Source of the DNA: Epiperipatus broadwayi
Lineage: Eukaryota > Animalia > Onychophora
Assembly: GCA_028023455.1 (NCBI GenBank)
Contig: JAQFVV010000004.1
Span: 1,488,001-1,552,000 of the forward strand
DNA length: 64,000 nt
Reading direction: 5' to 3'
Both the position numbers and the translations under genes were made by a program. Positions 50,451 to 62,749 of this stretch are shown here, piece after piece (position 1 is the first letter of the stretch; each line of letters starts with the position of its first letter). The notes beneath the pieces are model-generated. The model searched no databases. It saw only the letters and a list, made by a program, of their open reading frames with translations, and was not told the DNA's origin.

Positions 50451-52559
50451 AAAGAAGTTAGACATTAATAAGTTGTAAGAATGAAATTAATTGCATTTTA
50501 AATATTCCCAAGAATAATATGATTCTTTTATTTATTTCCCAAGGCAGAGCTATTAAGTATTCATTTGATTTTTGTAATGTTATTAAAATGAGTACTCGGT
50601 GATTCTGCCTTGGAAAATAAAATGTGTGAAAATTATATACAATTAATTTCATTCTCACAAATTATTGATGAATGAATTTGTTATTATATATAAAAACTAA
50701 TAGATAACAGAAGAGAAACTTTTTTAGTTGTCAAAAAATATATAACAGTTTAAATATTAACATTTGTGAAATTTTAGCAGGTTGTTCTTATAGAAGATTA
50801 GATCATATAATCTGAGGCTGTATCAATTATACAAAATGGTAAAATAATAATTTGTTTATACGTTATAACAGGAACTATCCCCATCAAGATAATAGTATAG
50901 ATTTTTTTTTGTTAAAAGAATAAAAAAAAAACATGTACTCAAGAATAGATAAGGATCAAACAGGCATATACAATAAATTTATTATTATATTAATCCTCAT
51001 ACTAATCAAATAAAATTCAAATAATCATAAAACAATAATTATTTCTTTAATTCTTAAAACAGAAAGGGTACATATAATGAAGTTATGGAAGAATAAATAT
51101 GAAAAAAGTGATTATACAGAAAGTGAATTATTGGTTTTATGCTGGGTTTGGGAAAAGATAAGGAGAAATTAGATATTAAGGCTATAGAGTTGACAAAGAT
51201 TATGTTGTGGAAATGGAATGGAGCAGAATATGGGAAAACTTAGAGTGGGAAATGGAAAAGTAAGTGGCTAATAGGTTTATCTGGGCATAATTGCTTAGAT
51301 ATTCTTGACTTCGTTTAAGGAGAAGCCACAATACATCACATCAGCTAATAACATTTTTTCTCTTTGTTTATGTGGCAGTTTGGAGTTAAATTTGTGTATG
51401 CACACACAACATTGGAGACAACTACATTATAAACATCCAATTATTTTATAATATTACAAGAAGAAACAAAGATATTAAATGTTAATATTCCTTAGTTTAA
51501 CAATCTTGAAAATCAATTGTTATAGAAAGTGTTTTATTATTTGTTCTTGTTAAACATTTATATTTCATTTGATATAAAAAAAAAATTAAACCGGAAGCCT
51601 TGCATGTATAATTAGTTCCAGTTACTAAAAATATTATAGAATCTTTTAGATGATAAAAGATTTGCCATAGTTCCTAAAATAGCCTTGATTTTGAATTTTT
51701 GTTGTTCTCAAACGTGAATTTACAACATTTATAAGTATATTCGTAATATTCCAAATTCATTGTTAAACTAAAAAGTTCCTGAAGAAAATTCATTCCCATA
51801 AATTATGAAATGAATACTTCTATTAAAAGCATATAAATGTACAAGTAAATAATGAATTTTATTATATTCAATTTTAAAGGAAATGAAAAATAATTACGAG
51901 TTATTGTCTAAATTATTGTATATTTATTTAAACGGGAAAATAACAGTTTCTCATGTTTGGAATGAAGTGCTAAATCCAGATATACTTCAATTTGCATTAA
52001 AATTGTTTTATTAAATTGCTACAAAATAGTATCTCTAAAATGGATTGCTGCAATAAATAATAACTATCTATAGTGAAAACTTGTCATATCAAGAAATATA
52101 ATATTATCTTTAAATAAACAGAGAAATTTAATAAGTGTTTACTTTTGTGTTTTTTTATTATATAATTTTGTATTAAAATGAAAAGTTATACTTTTACATT
52201 ATTACAAAAAACAATAATACATGCATTTTATTTTAAAATGAAAATAAAAACATGCACACTCATATTATACATTGTACATAATATTAACCGATATATTTCA
52301 CTGATTGAGACCATCTAGGATAACTTGTAACTAGGGAAGAGTTACAATCTTCACCAATTTTGGAATTTTATTTATTAGTACCCAGGCAGAGATGACATAA
52401 CTATTACATGTTTTAGGATTAAAACAAAGTTTAAAGATGACAAGCCAATAAAACTATTAAATGTTATTGGATTCATTTATTATGGAAGGAGATAAGTTAA
52501 TACTTAATATACAAATATGGAAATATTTAAATATGCCTTAAAATATATATATATATATT

Positions 52560-52745
52560 TATAGATGGATAGTAGAAATCTTAAGTTGGATTCCAAGATA
52601 ATATAAAAGATATAGAAAAAGATCACATTTAAAATGGATGGATCAAATAAGGAAGGGTGTGGGGGTGAAGTGCAGAAAAAAGAATAGAGATCACAGAAAT
52701 TGATTGAATTTGAAGAGATCTTCATACTGCAATGGACTAATAATA
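52560..52745 (+). mobile_element. RTE LINE 3' end, decayed
   Basis: RWIVEILSWIPR..KR..KWMDQIRK..; homologous to 39101-39448. Confidence 0.7.
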
Positions 52746-53814
52746 ATTCAAAATATTAATGATATATATAGTCTGATTCTGGAAATGCCTTCATTGTGTC
52801 CTCATGAACAGTCATTCAAAGTAGCATTTTCTCTTTTTTTTTTTCAGAGTAAATGATGAATGTTATTTCTGCTAGTGATTATGAACTACATAATTGTTTA
52901 TTCAGGTAAAAGTATTCTTGAACTATATGATTAGGGTCACTTATTTACTAATGGATCAAGATATATGAAAATATTGCCTTATTCATTATTACTCCAATAA
53001 TGTATGCAAACATCTGTGCCAATATACTCAGACTTATCTCCTTTAGTGACTTTGCCATAATATAATTAATAGTGAAGAAAAATTTCATCTCACTAGAAAT
53101 CTATGTAAATGGGATCAGATTTATGATTATATCGAATCTATTTATATTGATTATATTTTGACTCTATAAGAGAGCCAAAACTATATACCATTTAATTATA
53201 TTTTGTTGATAAATCATCACAAATCCCATTCCCAATTTTAAGAGTGAGTGAATTTTGTATCCAAGATAACTTTTCTAAAGACATATCAGCAATGATTCAA
53301 GACTAATTTTAAGATTTTGGATAATAGTTGTTCATTGGAGCTTATTCGCAAAATAGTTTTTACATGATGTGGTGAAAAAAAAAATACTATTAGTATCTGG
53401 GGAAAATAGGAGACACATGAAAATAAAAACTAATATGTAAATAGATAGACAGTATGTGTATTAGCTCCATTTTTGTTTTTCAATTTTTTGACAATGGCCT
53501 TGTCTTCATGAAACAGCATCAAAATGCATTGCAGATTGGATAATGAAATTGTTACAGTGAGCTAATACAAAAAAGGATTTTTTTTATGCCTAAATTTGCA
53601 ATATCTGCTATTTTTATTAGTTTAAAAGATGATTTACAGAATATTCTTAAGTAATATCTACTAAGGCTGTAACCTCAAGAATATGCATGTAAAAATGCGA
53701 TAGTAGGGACCTCTACAGGTCTTAACCACAAGCTTACATTTTGGAAGAAAAGAGGGGAAAATAATAAAAATAAGATTGAAATGAACAACTATTATAATAT
53801 TCACCAAACCAGCT

Positions 53815-53915
53815 TTTATTTCCATTGAGACCTTCTCGAGATATACTATTTCACAAAATTGTTTATGTGAATTGTATAGAATAATATCTTGAGAAGATCT
53901 CAATGGAGATGAAAT
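53815..53915. repeat. Isolated ~100-nt hairpin
   Basis: TCCATTGAGACCTTCTCGAGATAT versus ATATCTTGAGAAGATCTCAATGGA, plus inner TTCACA/TGTGAA pairing. Confidence 0.75.
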
Positions 53916-55129
53916 CCAGTTGGATATATATTATAATATAGTTATTAATAGTTGTTTATTTTAATCTTATTTTGATTTATTAATTGTGATAACATTAAGG
54001 ACAAATAAATTGTATTGGATATTTGACTATTATAGTAATGTAATAGAATATTCTTAATGTTGTAAATGTAATTTATAAAGACTTTCGCTTAGTGACTAAT
54101 GTTCAAAAAACTTATGCGCTTTATCAATCAGCGACAGATGAAAAAATCTTCAATAACTTTTACCTTAGATGACTACCAGCTTGATAATGTTAACCAAGTT
54201 AAATGTATTGGTAATTTTTTAAACAGAAAAATACACATTTGAATGTTAGAGATAATATAAATGCCAATGTGTTGCAGTTGCATTTAACAAGTTAAATGAT
54301 ATGTATTTCTTCGTAGTAATATAACTATTTTAACTAAATTAATTTCCTATAATACTGTTATTTTGATAAAAATTAATTGCAAGGAAATTAGATTTAAATT
54401 ACCTATCATCAAAACATAAAAATATTGACATTTTTTTTATTTTAGGCTACTCTATATATTTTTAAAACACAAGAATAAGGTGATAAGATTAATTAGTATG
54501 CTTTACAGCTTTCTGGATATGATCATATTAAATCTATTCTTGTAAGAATATATTCATATTACACTGGATATGTGAAGTGAATGAATTATAACAAATTTCT
54601 TTAAAAAAAAAAATTTATGGTGAACATATAGTGGTTTTTGTAAAAAAAGCAAATCCTATTTACCTTATGTTTTTAAAAGGTGCAATATTGTTTGATATGC
54701 CCTGTGTGATTTAATAGTGGTAGATTGGTATATTCTGGAATATAAAGTTCATAGATTGCACCCAATTCTGTCATTTTCCGCATTAGAACTCCTGCAGAAT
54801 AAAATTATGTTTTAATATCCATTGTTATTATTAATAGGATATGGTTGAGTATAAGGTGTGATGGACATCTGCAATTAGAGCCTTTTTGAAGAAAGATTTA
54901 CTACTGAAAGTTTTAAAAAAGCACTGCAAGATGTCAAGAAAACAAACTAAATGATTAGCATATCATATATGTTGACATATGTGCTTCATGTATTTGTATG
55001 GTCACTGCAAACCTCATCTCCAACTTATTGCTGTTTGTCTCTTTCATTTTTTTTTTTAGAGTTATAATGGTTCTATTTGTTCATTAGTATCTTCTAATGA
55101 TGGTGGTATCCTAATCTTATTGATTCATT

Positions 55130-55800
55130 ATAAATCCACTAAAAGATAGTTTCTAAACTTAAATCAATTTTTGTGATCCATAATCCTCTTCTTCACATCT
55201 TTCATACAAATTTCCTTCTTTCAACCAGTTCACATATGGTCATTTTCTAGGTCTTTATAATATCTTGATTCCAGGTTAATATTTACTCAACTTTCATCTC
55301 TTTTAACAAAAGACCAGTCCATATTTTAGCCTCTTAATTCATTTAATAACATCTTTGTGATTTTCTCATCCTTATACTTCACATTTGATTTATCTTTATT
55401 ACATTATTCCCAAAAAACATATCTCCACACTTCATTGTATGATCTGAAATCTCTATATTAACTAAACTGTTACACATGCAAGTTTCACAATCTATGTGTA
55501 AAAACTTATAAACACATTTATTAACAATTTTTCTTTTTATACTCATAAGTATATTTCATTTTAATATTATTAAATACTTTATCAAAAGCATTATATCCAA
55601 GTCTAATATTATGATTAATTTCATCCATTATTTTTCATATATGTTTATATTAGCCAAAGTATTTGTAGCTATTAAGTTCTTCAAATTTATTGTTAATAAT
55701 CTTTATCTTCTCGTTATATGAAAAATCAATGAAAATTATTTTATTCCATTTAACATTTATCTTAAATCTTTTTATTTGTGAACTCTTTTACTTTTAACAT
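55130..55800 (-). mobile_element. Old RTE LINE 3' fragment
   Basis: YKYFG..MDEINHNIRLGYNAF..KKKIVNKCV, homologous to 27299-27830. Confidence 0.7.
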
Positions 55801-57415
55801 ATTTATTGATGAAATATAAGGTTACACAGTTTATATTAGTTTAGGTATATAGAATTTATTACATCTATACATACTATTCGTTAGGAAATATAGGGAAATT
55901 AATAGTGCAATTCTATATATATATATATACGTGTGTGTTAATAAAAACACTTTCAAAAGAAATTATATTTGGTAATTCTGAAGTTATGAAGCATTGTTCA
56001 CAAAAATTACTCATCATATATAAAATCTAGATAGTATTAAAATTACCTGCATTTATTATTATTTCTTAAGAGTCATATTTTAGCCCATAAAATATTTTTC
56101 TGCATCTTCTATAAAATATATTAGTGATATGGAATTACCCTATCATATATCTATATCACCATTAATATTCTTAGAATCAAACCATTGCAGTTGCATTTGA
56201 CAAATATTCTTTAGGGTTTATCAATATTCCATATCTAATATCTATATCTTGATGTTTCAAAACTTTGATCAGTATAGATTTAAAAGACTTGCAATGCATA
56301 ATCTACAAATTCAAAGTATAATGGAAACTCATATTGATTGATTTGTTCAATAACTTTTCTTAATATTATGATATGGTATAAGGTGATAAAATACCTTTTA
56401 AATCTAGTTTATTTGGTTTAAACCAAACGTTCACTATAAATGAATTATAATGATTTTAGTAAAAATAATAAATAAAATTAATAGAATATTGATAAATTTA
56501 CATTTGCAAATCGATATTTAAGGACAATGCAACTATATTTTTCTAATCATTTGCTGTTATCATTATTATATTTTAAAATATTAATAATTTTATTATTTCA
56601 TTTAGCTTTTTAATCTTCATTGATTTAATTACACATCTCACTACTTTAATTAATAGATTTGACCATTCAGAAGAATTTTATAAACTATTTTATTTTCTTA
56701 TTTTTAGTATTACATAGTTCTTTTTAGAATTATTCCATACACTTCATGATGTCATTTCTCTTTTTAATAATTCTGCCAACTTTTCTTCTTAATTCTATAA
56801 CATTTTTTTTTCAATTCCAAAATAATGTGTTATATTTTTAAGCTGTATTTTTTTCTACAGTTTTTCTTTCTAATATTAAGTCATTTTCACATTATTCATT
56901 TATACCAAAAGGAATATTTTTATATTTTCTTTTTTCATATATTATTTTGGATCAATTGACAATTTACTGGTGAATTACTGTGTTTTCATATTGGCTAACA
57001 GTGTAGTAGTTTTTAACTTTAAGCCAAGATTTTAAAATGATTTGCAAGTTCTAGATTAAATTCATTCGAATATTTTTTAAAGTTAAAAATATAAATTGTT
57101 AATACTATCCTTTTTAATAGCTTTTGTTTCTCTAGCTTTGCATTAACATGGGTTTTAGATCTCATTAGTTAATGATCATTGTCTTGAATCTATGTAGTAC
57201 ATTATATTCTTAAAATATATGTTTCAATCAGTCAAAATATAAAACAATTCTGCTATACCTTCAATTGAATGCTCCCATCTCCATTTCTGCTGTGGATTTT
57301 TTTAAAAGAATTTATAATATACAGATTTTCTTTTTCTGCAAATTTCACAAACATATTTCCTTTTTCATTTCTGTATTCAAACTTAATTACAAATATTTTT
57401 ATCTTTCAATTGTGT

Positions 57416-57585
57416 TTCAGATCCAAGGCTCCACAATGATGAAGGTCACAAGCCAGAAACTAGTCTGAGGATATTGAATGAGTAGGCACTATATAGGGAT
57501 TTTATGCACAAACCTTTTGGCATACATTGATTACTCTGGAATACAATGAATGGCACTACTGTATGGAGAGTTTTGCCTGTTTTAA
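57416..57585 (+). mobile_element. Family A sense copy (HHR core ATGATGA, C3A)
   Basis: GATCCAAGGCTCCACAATGATGAAGGTCACAAGCCAGAAACTAGTCTGAGGATATTG...GGAGAGTTTTGCCTGTTTT. Confidence 0.85.
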
Positions 57586-58924
57586 TTAAAACTTCCTATG
57601 GTAATATTCATCTGATCAAAATTATTCTATATAAGTAAATAAAAATCCCATATTTCTTTATCAGAATGAGAATTTGCAAGTTTGAATTTTCTGTATTTGA
57701 TCTTTTCTATTAAACTGAATAACTAAATTAGCAAATCTATCTGATATACCATCAATTTCTGCAATGTTCTTCTACTTTTGTTTATAATGAATCTCATTTT
57801 CAATAAATTTTGCTTAAAGAAAGCAAAATTTATGTCAACTTTTCAATTCAATTTCTTTTCATAGGACAATGTATGATTTAATGTTAGATACTTTTTCTAA
57901 TTCATGCAATCTTTTTTTCATTTAAAAGTGACCTATAGTTGTAGATTGATAGATAAAGGGTCATCATAAAATGACAGTCAGGAATTTTAGCAGTCTGTCT
58001 TCATTTGGAATTGCTGCCTAGTCTGATGACTTTACAACTTTATAGAAATAAGGATGATAATTTAATTTCATCTGTCATAATGATAAATATAAAAAATAAA
58101 TGGTTATTCACATATTCTTTCTGCTTTCGAGAAACATAAATGTTTTAGTGGGAAAAAAATACCAGGAAAATAAAAAGAAAGATCTTGATATTTCTACAGT
58201 CTTAAAAAATCACAAAAAGTGAATTAAATCATACTGTAAAGCATGTAGGCAAGTATGAATGATCACATAGTAATAACTCTTGCAATGGTAAGAATATGTA
58301 GAATGGACTTTAAAAATTTACCCTGCTCACTTCGCTTAAGGTCTCAATGAGAAATCTAAGAATTTCCTTTTAGATTCAACCATTAATGTATAAATGTATA
58401 ATAACTAAATATATAAATTATAGTATCACATAAGGACTTTCAATTACACTATTATAATGTAATCTTTTTCAGTTTTAATTCTAAAATTAATTCCCATAAT
58501 GCACTAGTTTGTGTTATAACTCAAGCTTTGTGAATTTTTATATTTGCATCTTAAGCAAGTTACTTCTTCTAACAATAAAGATAATCTCCTTTATTCTTTT
58601 TTATTATTCACTTCTTCATGCGATATCTTTATGTAAATCAGTTAAAATTATTGACCATATTTAAATCTGTGATTATTAAATACAGAAGATGTTTGAGTCT
58701 TATTTATTTTGTGTGCATTAAGTCTAGCATAAAGTAATCATGTTCTTAAATTATTTTTTCAATGAACATTAAGACTCACCAATGTATGAAGTTCTACAAA
58801 GGGAAATAATTTAAATATATTAGTTTTATGTCCTTTATGTATACTATTTTAAGAATTATTAAACAATCTATAGGCAATATTGCAATACTCAAAACAAATA
58901 TCACTTTGTTATTGCTGTTTGCAT

Positions 58925-58995
58925 TATATAGTATTGAAGTCAACCATCAAAACATCACATGATTACCATTTCATATGCTTACACAGGCTGTTAAT
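58925..58995 (-). repeat. Orphan family A tail
   Basis: AAACATCACATGATTACCATTTCATATGCTTACACAGGCTGTTAA matches the tail at 41257-41305. Confidence 0.6.
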
Positions 58996-59044
58996 AACTT
59001 TATCTTTCTTATTGTATTATCAAATCCATATAATATTAAATCAT

Positions 59045-59815
59045 AATATGTAATATAAGGGAGCTATCTGGAACATTCCTAACCCCAGACCAATTGGTTT
59101 CAAGCTTTTGACTCACCTCAGTAAGGAGTTAGAATATTCAGACACTAGATCTAAAATATCGACTCAAAGCCCAGCACTTATTTTAATATGTAACATTTAA
59201 GTAGAAACTCTGAAATTTTTAGACATGAAGAAGCCCTTAACTCCAGCTAACTTAAATAACTATATGGGACTGAAACAAATTCAGATCTACCATATATTAA
59301 TAGCCTTAGCATTGCCAAGGCCTTAAATTTAAAATTATAATAATCAATAAAGCAATTCATATATAGCATGGCATTGCTTTTATGAGCTTGTATATGACTT
59401 GCTTTATTGATTATTATAATTTTACCTTTAAGGCCTTGACAATAAGGCTATTAATATATGGTAGATCTGAATTTGGTTCAATCCCATGTAGATATTTAAG
59501 TTAGATAGCTGGAGTTAAAGACATTTTCATGTTGAAAATTTCAGAGTTTCTACTTAAATGTTATGTATTAAATAAGTGCTGGGCTTTGAGTTGATATTTT
59601 GGATCTAGTGTGAGCCAAAAGCTCGAAACCAATTGGTCTGGGGATGGGAATGTTCCAGATAGAGATTTTAAATATTTTCTCTTACTGCACTTATCAATTA
59701 AGAACTCGTTTGAGCTATTGGTACGCTCCCTATATTACATATGTGTAAAAACAAGCTCATAAAAGCAATGTCATGTTATATATGATGTGCTTTATTGATT
59801 AATATTAATTCATCT
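59045..59815. mobile_element. Family J large three-armed palindrome, sister of family C
   Basis: Antisense 59045-59389, sense 59395-59744, and an extra antisense piece 59752-59815. The post-HHR sequence resembles family C. Confidence 0.85.
59075..59135 (-). ncRNA. Hammerhead ribozyme, family J
   Basis: ATTCTAACTCCTTA-CTGAGGT-GAG(T)C-AAAA-GCT(T/C)-GAAA-CCAATTGG-TC|TGGGGTTAGGAAT, with an A9T deviation. The right arm keeps GAGC-CAAAA-GCTC-GAAA but has lost the CTGA half. Confidence 0.65.
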
Positions 59816-59889
59816 ATGTTCTTTATTACTATTTTACAATGCTTTTTTACAACCCATTATGACAGTTTTTATTGCTCCAGCAATCTTCT

Positions 59890-60285
59890 TCAGAACTATA
59901 AGTATAACAAACTCAATACAAATACATGAATACAAATATACATGAACATATAATTTTACATTCTATATATATATACATAAATTCTACCCCATAATCACTA
60001 TTTATATACCCCCGTGTATCTTTATATACCTCTCTATATAATTATTACATTTTTATATATTATACATTTTTCTCTTTTCATATTATAGAATATGAAAAGA
60101 GTAAAATGTATAATATATAAAAATGTAATAATTATATAGAGAGGTATATAAAGATACACGTGGGCATATAAATAATGATTATGGGATTAATACTAACCCT
60201 TATTAAAGTTTTATATATAGAATGATAAAATTATATGTTTATGTATATTTATATCCATGTATTTGCATTGTGTCTGTTAATAACA
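59890..60285. repeat. Near-perfect AT-rich palindrome
   Basis: Inner arms 59990-60085 / 60090-60187 about a 4-nt loop (CATATT-ATAG-AATATG), with looser outer arms. Confidence 0.9.
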
Positions 60286-60480
60286 ATAGCAAACTCTCCA
60301 TACAGTATTGCGACCAAGTGCAAACCTTACTGATGAAAATCACAAGTTAGAAACTAGTCTGGGGATATTGGATGAGTAGGTACTAGATAGGAATTTTATG
60401 AACAACCCCCCTGGCATCTATTGATTATGAAGGCTTGCACTTGGTGGCAATACTGTATGGAGAGTTTGCTATTGTTATTA
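60280..60480. mobile_element. Family A asymmetric hairpin with an intact-core HHR (60325-60365, +)
   Basis: Short inverted arm 60280-60327, then CCTTA-CTGATGA-AAAT-CACAA-GTTA-GAAA-CTAG-TC|TGGGG. Confidence 0.8.
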
Positions 60481-61214
60481 CTACTGATATTATTTAAGTT
60501 TCTTCTAAAATTTTCAATCACTTAATACAACCAATATCCTAACCTACCAACACTAATTTTTGCACATAATGTTTAATATTTTCATGTATCATTTGTGTTC
60601 TTGCATAATTTTTAAGTCCTAAATAAAAAATATCTTAATGAAACTATTTATACATTAAAGGAACTTTAAAATCAGGGTGTACATATTTTCTTCCTCATTA
60701 GGCTTTATATTCAAACTACAATCAAAATATTCTTCAGACTTGCCTACAATTATATCTAAATATTTTAATATTTTCCTTCTCCAAGATCCATTTGAAATTA
60801 TTTAATTTTCTTTAATTTATAAATGTTCTCCTTTTTTTTTTTTTTTTTACATACAAAGTATTGTTTATGCATATAGTATAATATACAAAATTATGATGGA
60901 CTAGATAAACTTATCAGTTGTGCCTCACATACAAACTAAGAACCTTTATTTTGAGGAGCCATTTTATCTAAAACTTTTGAAAGTCACTATACTTCAATAT
61001 ATAGGTATAAACTTTGCATCTCAAAATTTTTTAAAATTGTTTAATTTAAATCGTATTATAATAGAAAGTACAATGATTTTTTTAAATGTATAAACAAATT
61101 CATATAAATATATATTGGTTATATTATTATAATGTTAACTTAGAAAGAAATTATAAATAATAATGCAGCTTAAACCACGGCACATGTGCTTTACATATGG
61201 AACACTATTTAAAC

Positions 61215-61375
61215 TGAGTACTCTCCTTTCCAAACACAAGATAAAGTCTTTTTAAAAGATAGAATGGATCCCTCTATCTTTTTCACCCAAGCTATATGTA
61301 TGGGCCAATCTGAAGCATTTGGAACTGAGAGCGTGAAGATTTTGATTAATCGCTTTAAAGTCATAACAGATTTGA
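61215..61375 (+). repeat. Family E copy
   Basis: GATAAAGTCTTT..AAAAGATAGA-ATGGATCCC-TCTATCTTTT..CCCAA..TGTATGGG.AATCT..GCGTGAAGA; homologous to 35640-35765. Confidence 0.75.
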
Positions 61376-62749
61376 ATGGATAAAAAAATGAATGAAAATA
61401 TTTTATTTGATTCATATGACAAACAAAAATTATAAACATTTTATAATGAGGCTACTAAAGTCTCAATATTTTTAACTAGAATTACTTATGAAATAAAAAG
61501 TTAAAAATTTTCTTTTTATAAACAAAATCATGTTTTCAGTGGCAATACATATTCTCATATGTATAATATATAAATCATACATTAAACAGTGAATACTAGT
61601 TCATATTCAAATAGTATATAATTTATTTTCCAGATGAAAGTGTATAATATATACTAATGACCAATAAGAAATAAAATCGATGTATTTATTACTGAATTTA
61701 TGTTTCAAGTGAATTAAATAAATGGATGGAAAAAAAGGGTTTTATTAATTATACATAGTTATTAGATCTTTTTTTTTTAAATAAATTTTTATATATTCAT
61801 TAATTTATTATAAAAAATGAAGAAAAATATTAATTCACAATTATTTGCTTATAACAAAATTTGCTGCTTTAATTAACTCAGTTAAGTTTTTTAATAGAAA
61901 TTTATCATCAAAACAAAAACTATCTTTTAAACTGTTGATAAGCATTTACTAGACAGTTTTTGATGCCAATAACAAAAAATCTTTTAAATTCTGTAGTAAA
62001 TGTCAAAAGGTTTTAGTTCAAGTTAGCATTTCTAAAGTGAAAATAAAATAAACAGATATTGTATTTCTGAATTATAAAAACAAAAATTAGAGACATGCCT
62101 ATTATTATTATTTTTTTAAATTAAAAATTAGAATTTTAAAATAAACACTTTCCATGGATCTGTGATTATTCCCTGGCATTTATTGTCAAAATTTAAAAAT
62201 AAATGGATACTTTTCCTATCAATTACTTTTTTCTTTGGATATTGCTATATATAATATGGCAATATTTGATGGAGATTATAAGTTCTAACAGCATCAGCTA
62301 TTTTTACTGTTTTATATTGTTAATACTTATTTTGATCATTTGTAAGTTGAAATCTAAAGAAAACTATGTTAAAGAGTAACAAATATTGATAAAAATTTAA
62401 TTATAATATTCTATTGCTCGGTTATCTCCACTAGTCTTTAAGCAAAAAACTTAATATGATACATACATAATTAAATATTTGTTTGGTTAAATTTATTGCA
62501 AAACCATCAAAATAGCACTTCTGTATGGAAAGTTTGCTTCAGTTAAAAATTAATTTTGAAAAAGTGAACCAATATGAAACACATTTTTTTTTAAAAAAAA
62601 CCATGCATATTAAAAAGTACTTATTTAAATTATTTAGCATTTTTTATCTCTTATGTATTGCATTTTTTTCATAAATGAGTTTCTTTACATTGCGTATAGT
62701 AAAATTTCATGATCATATTTTATAAAGATTTTATACAAGTTTCACTTTT

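Noticed and set aside
58015-58060. CTGATGA...GAAA near 58020 (similar case at 51778)
   Set aside because: No supporting stems; expected by chance in AT-rich DNA.
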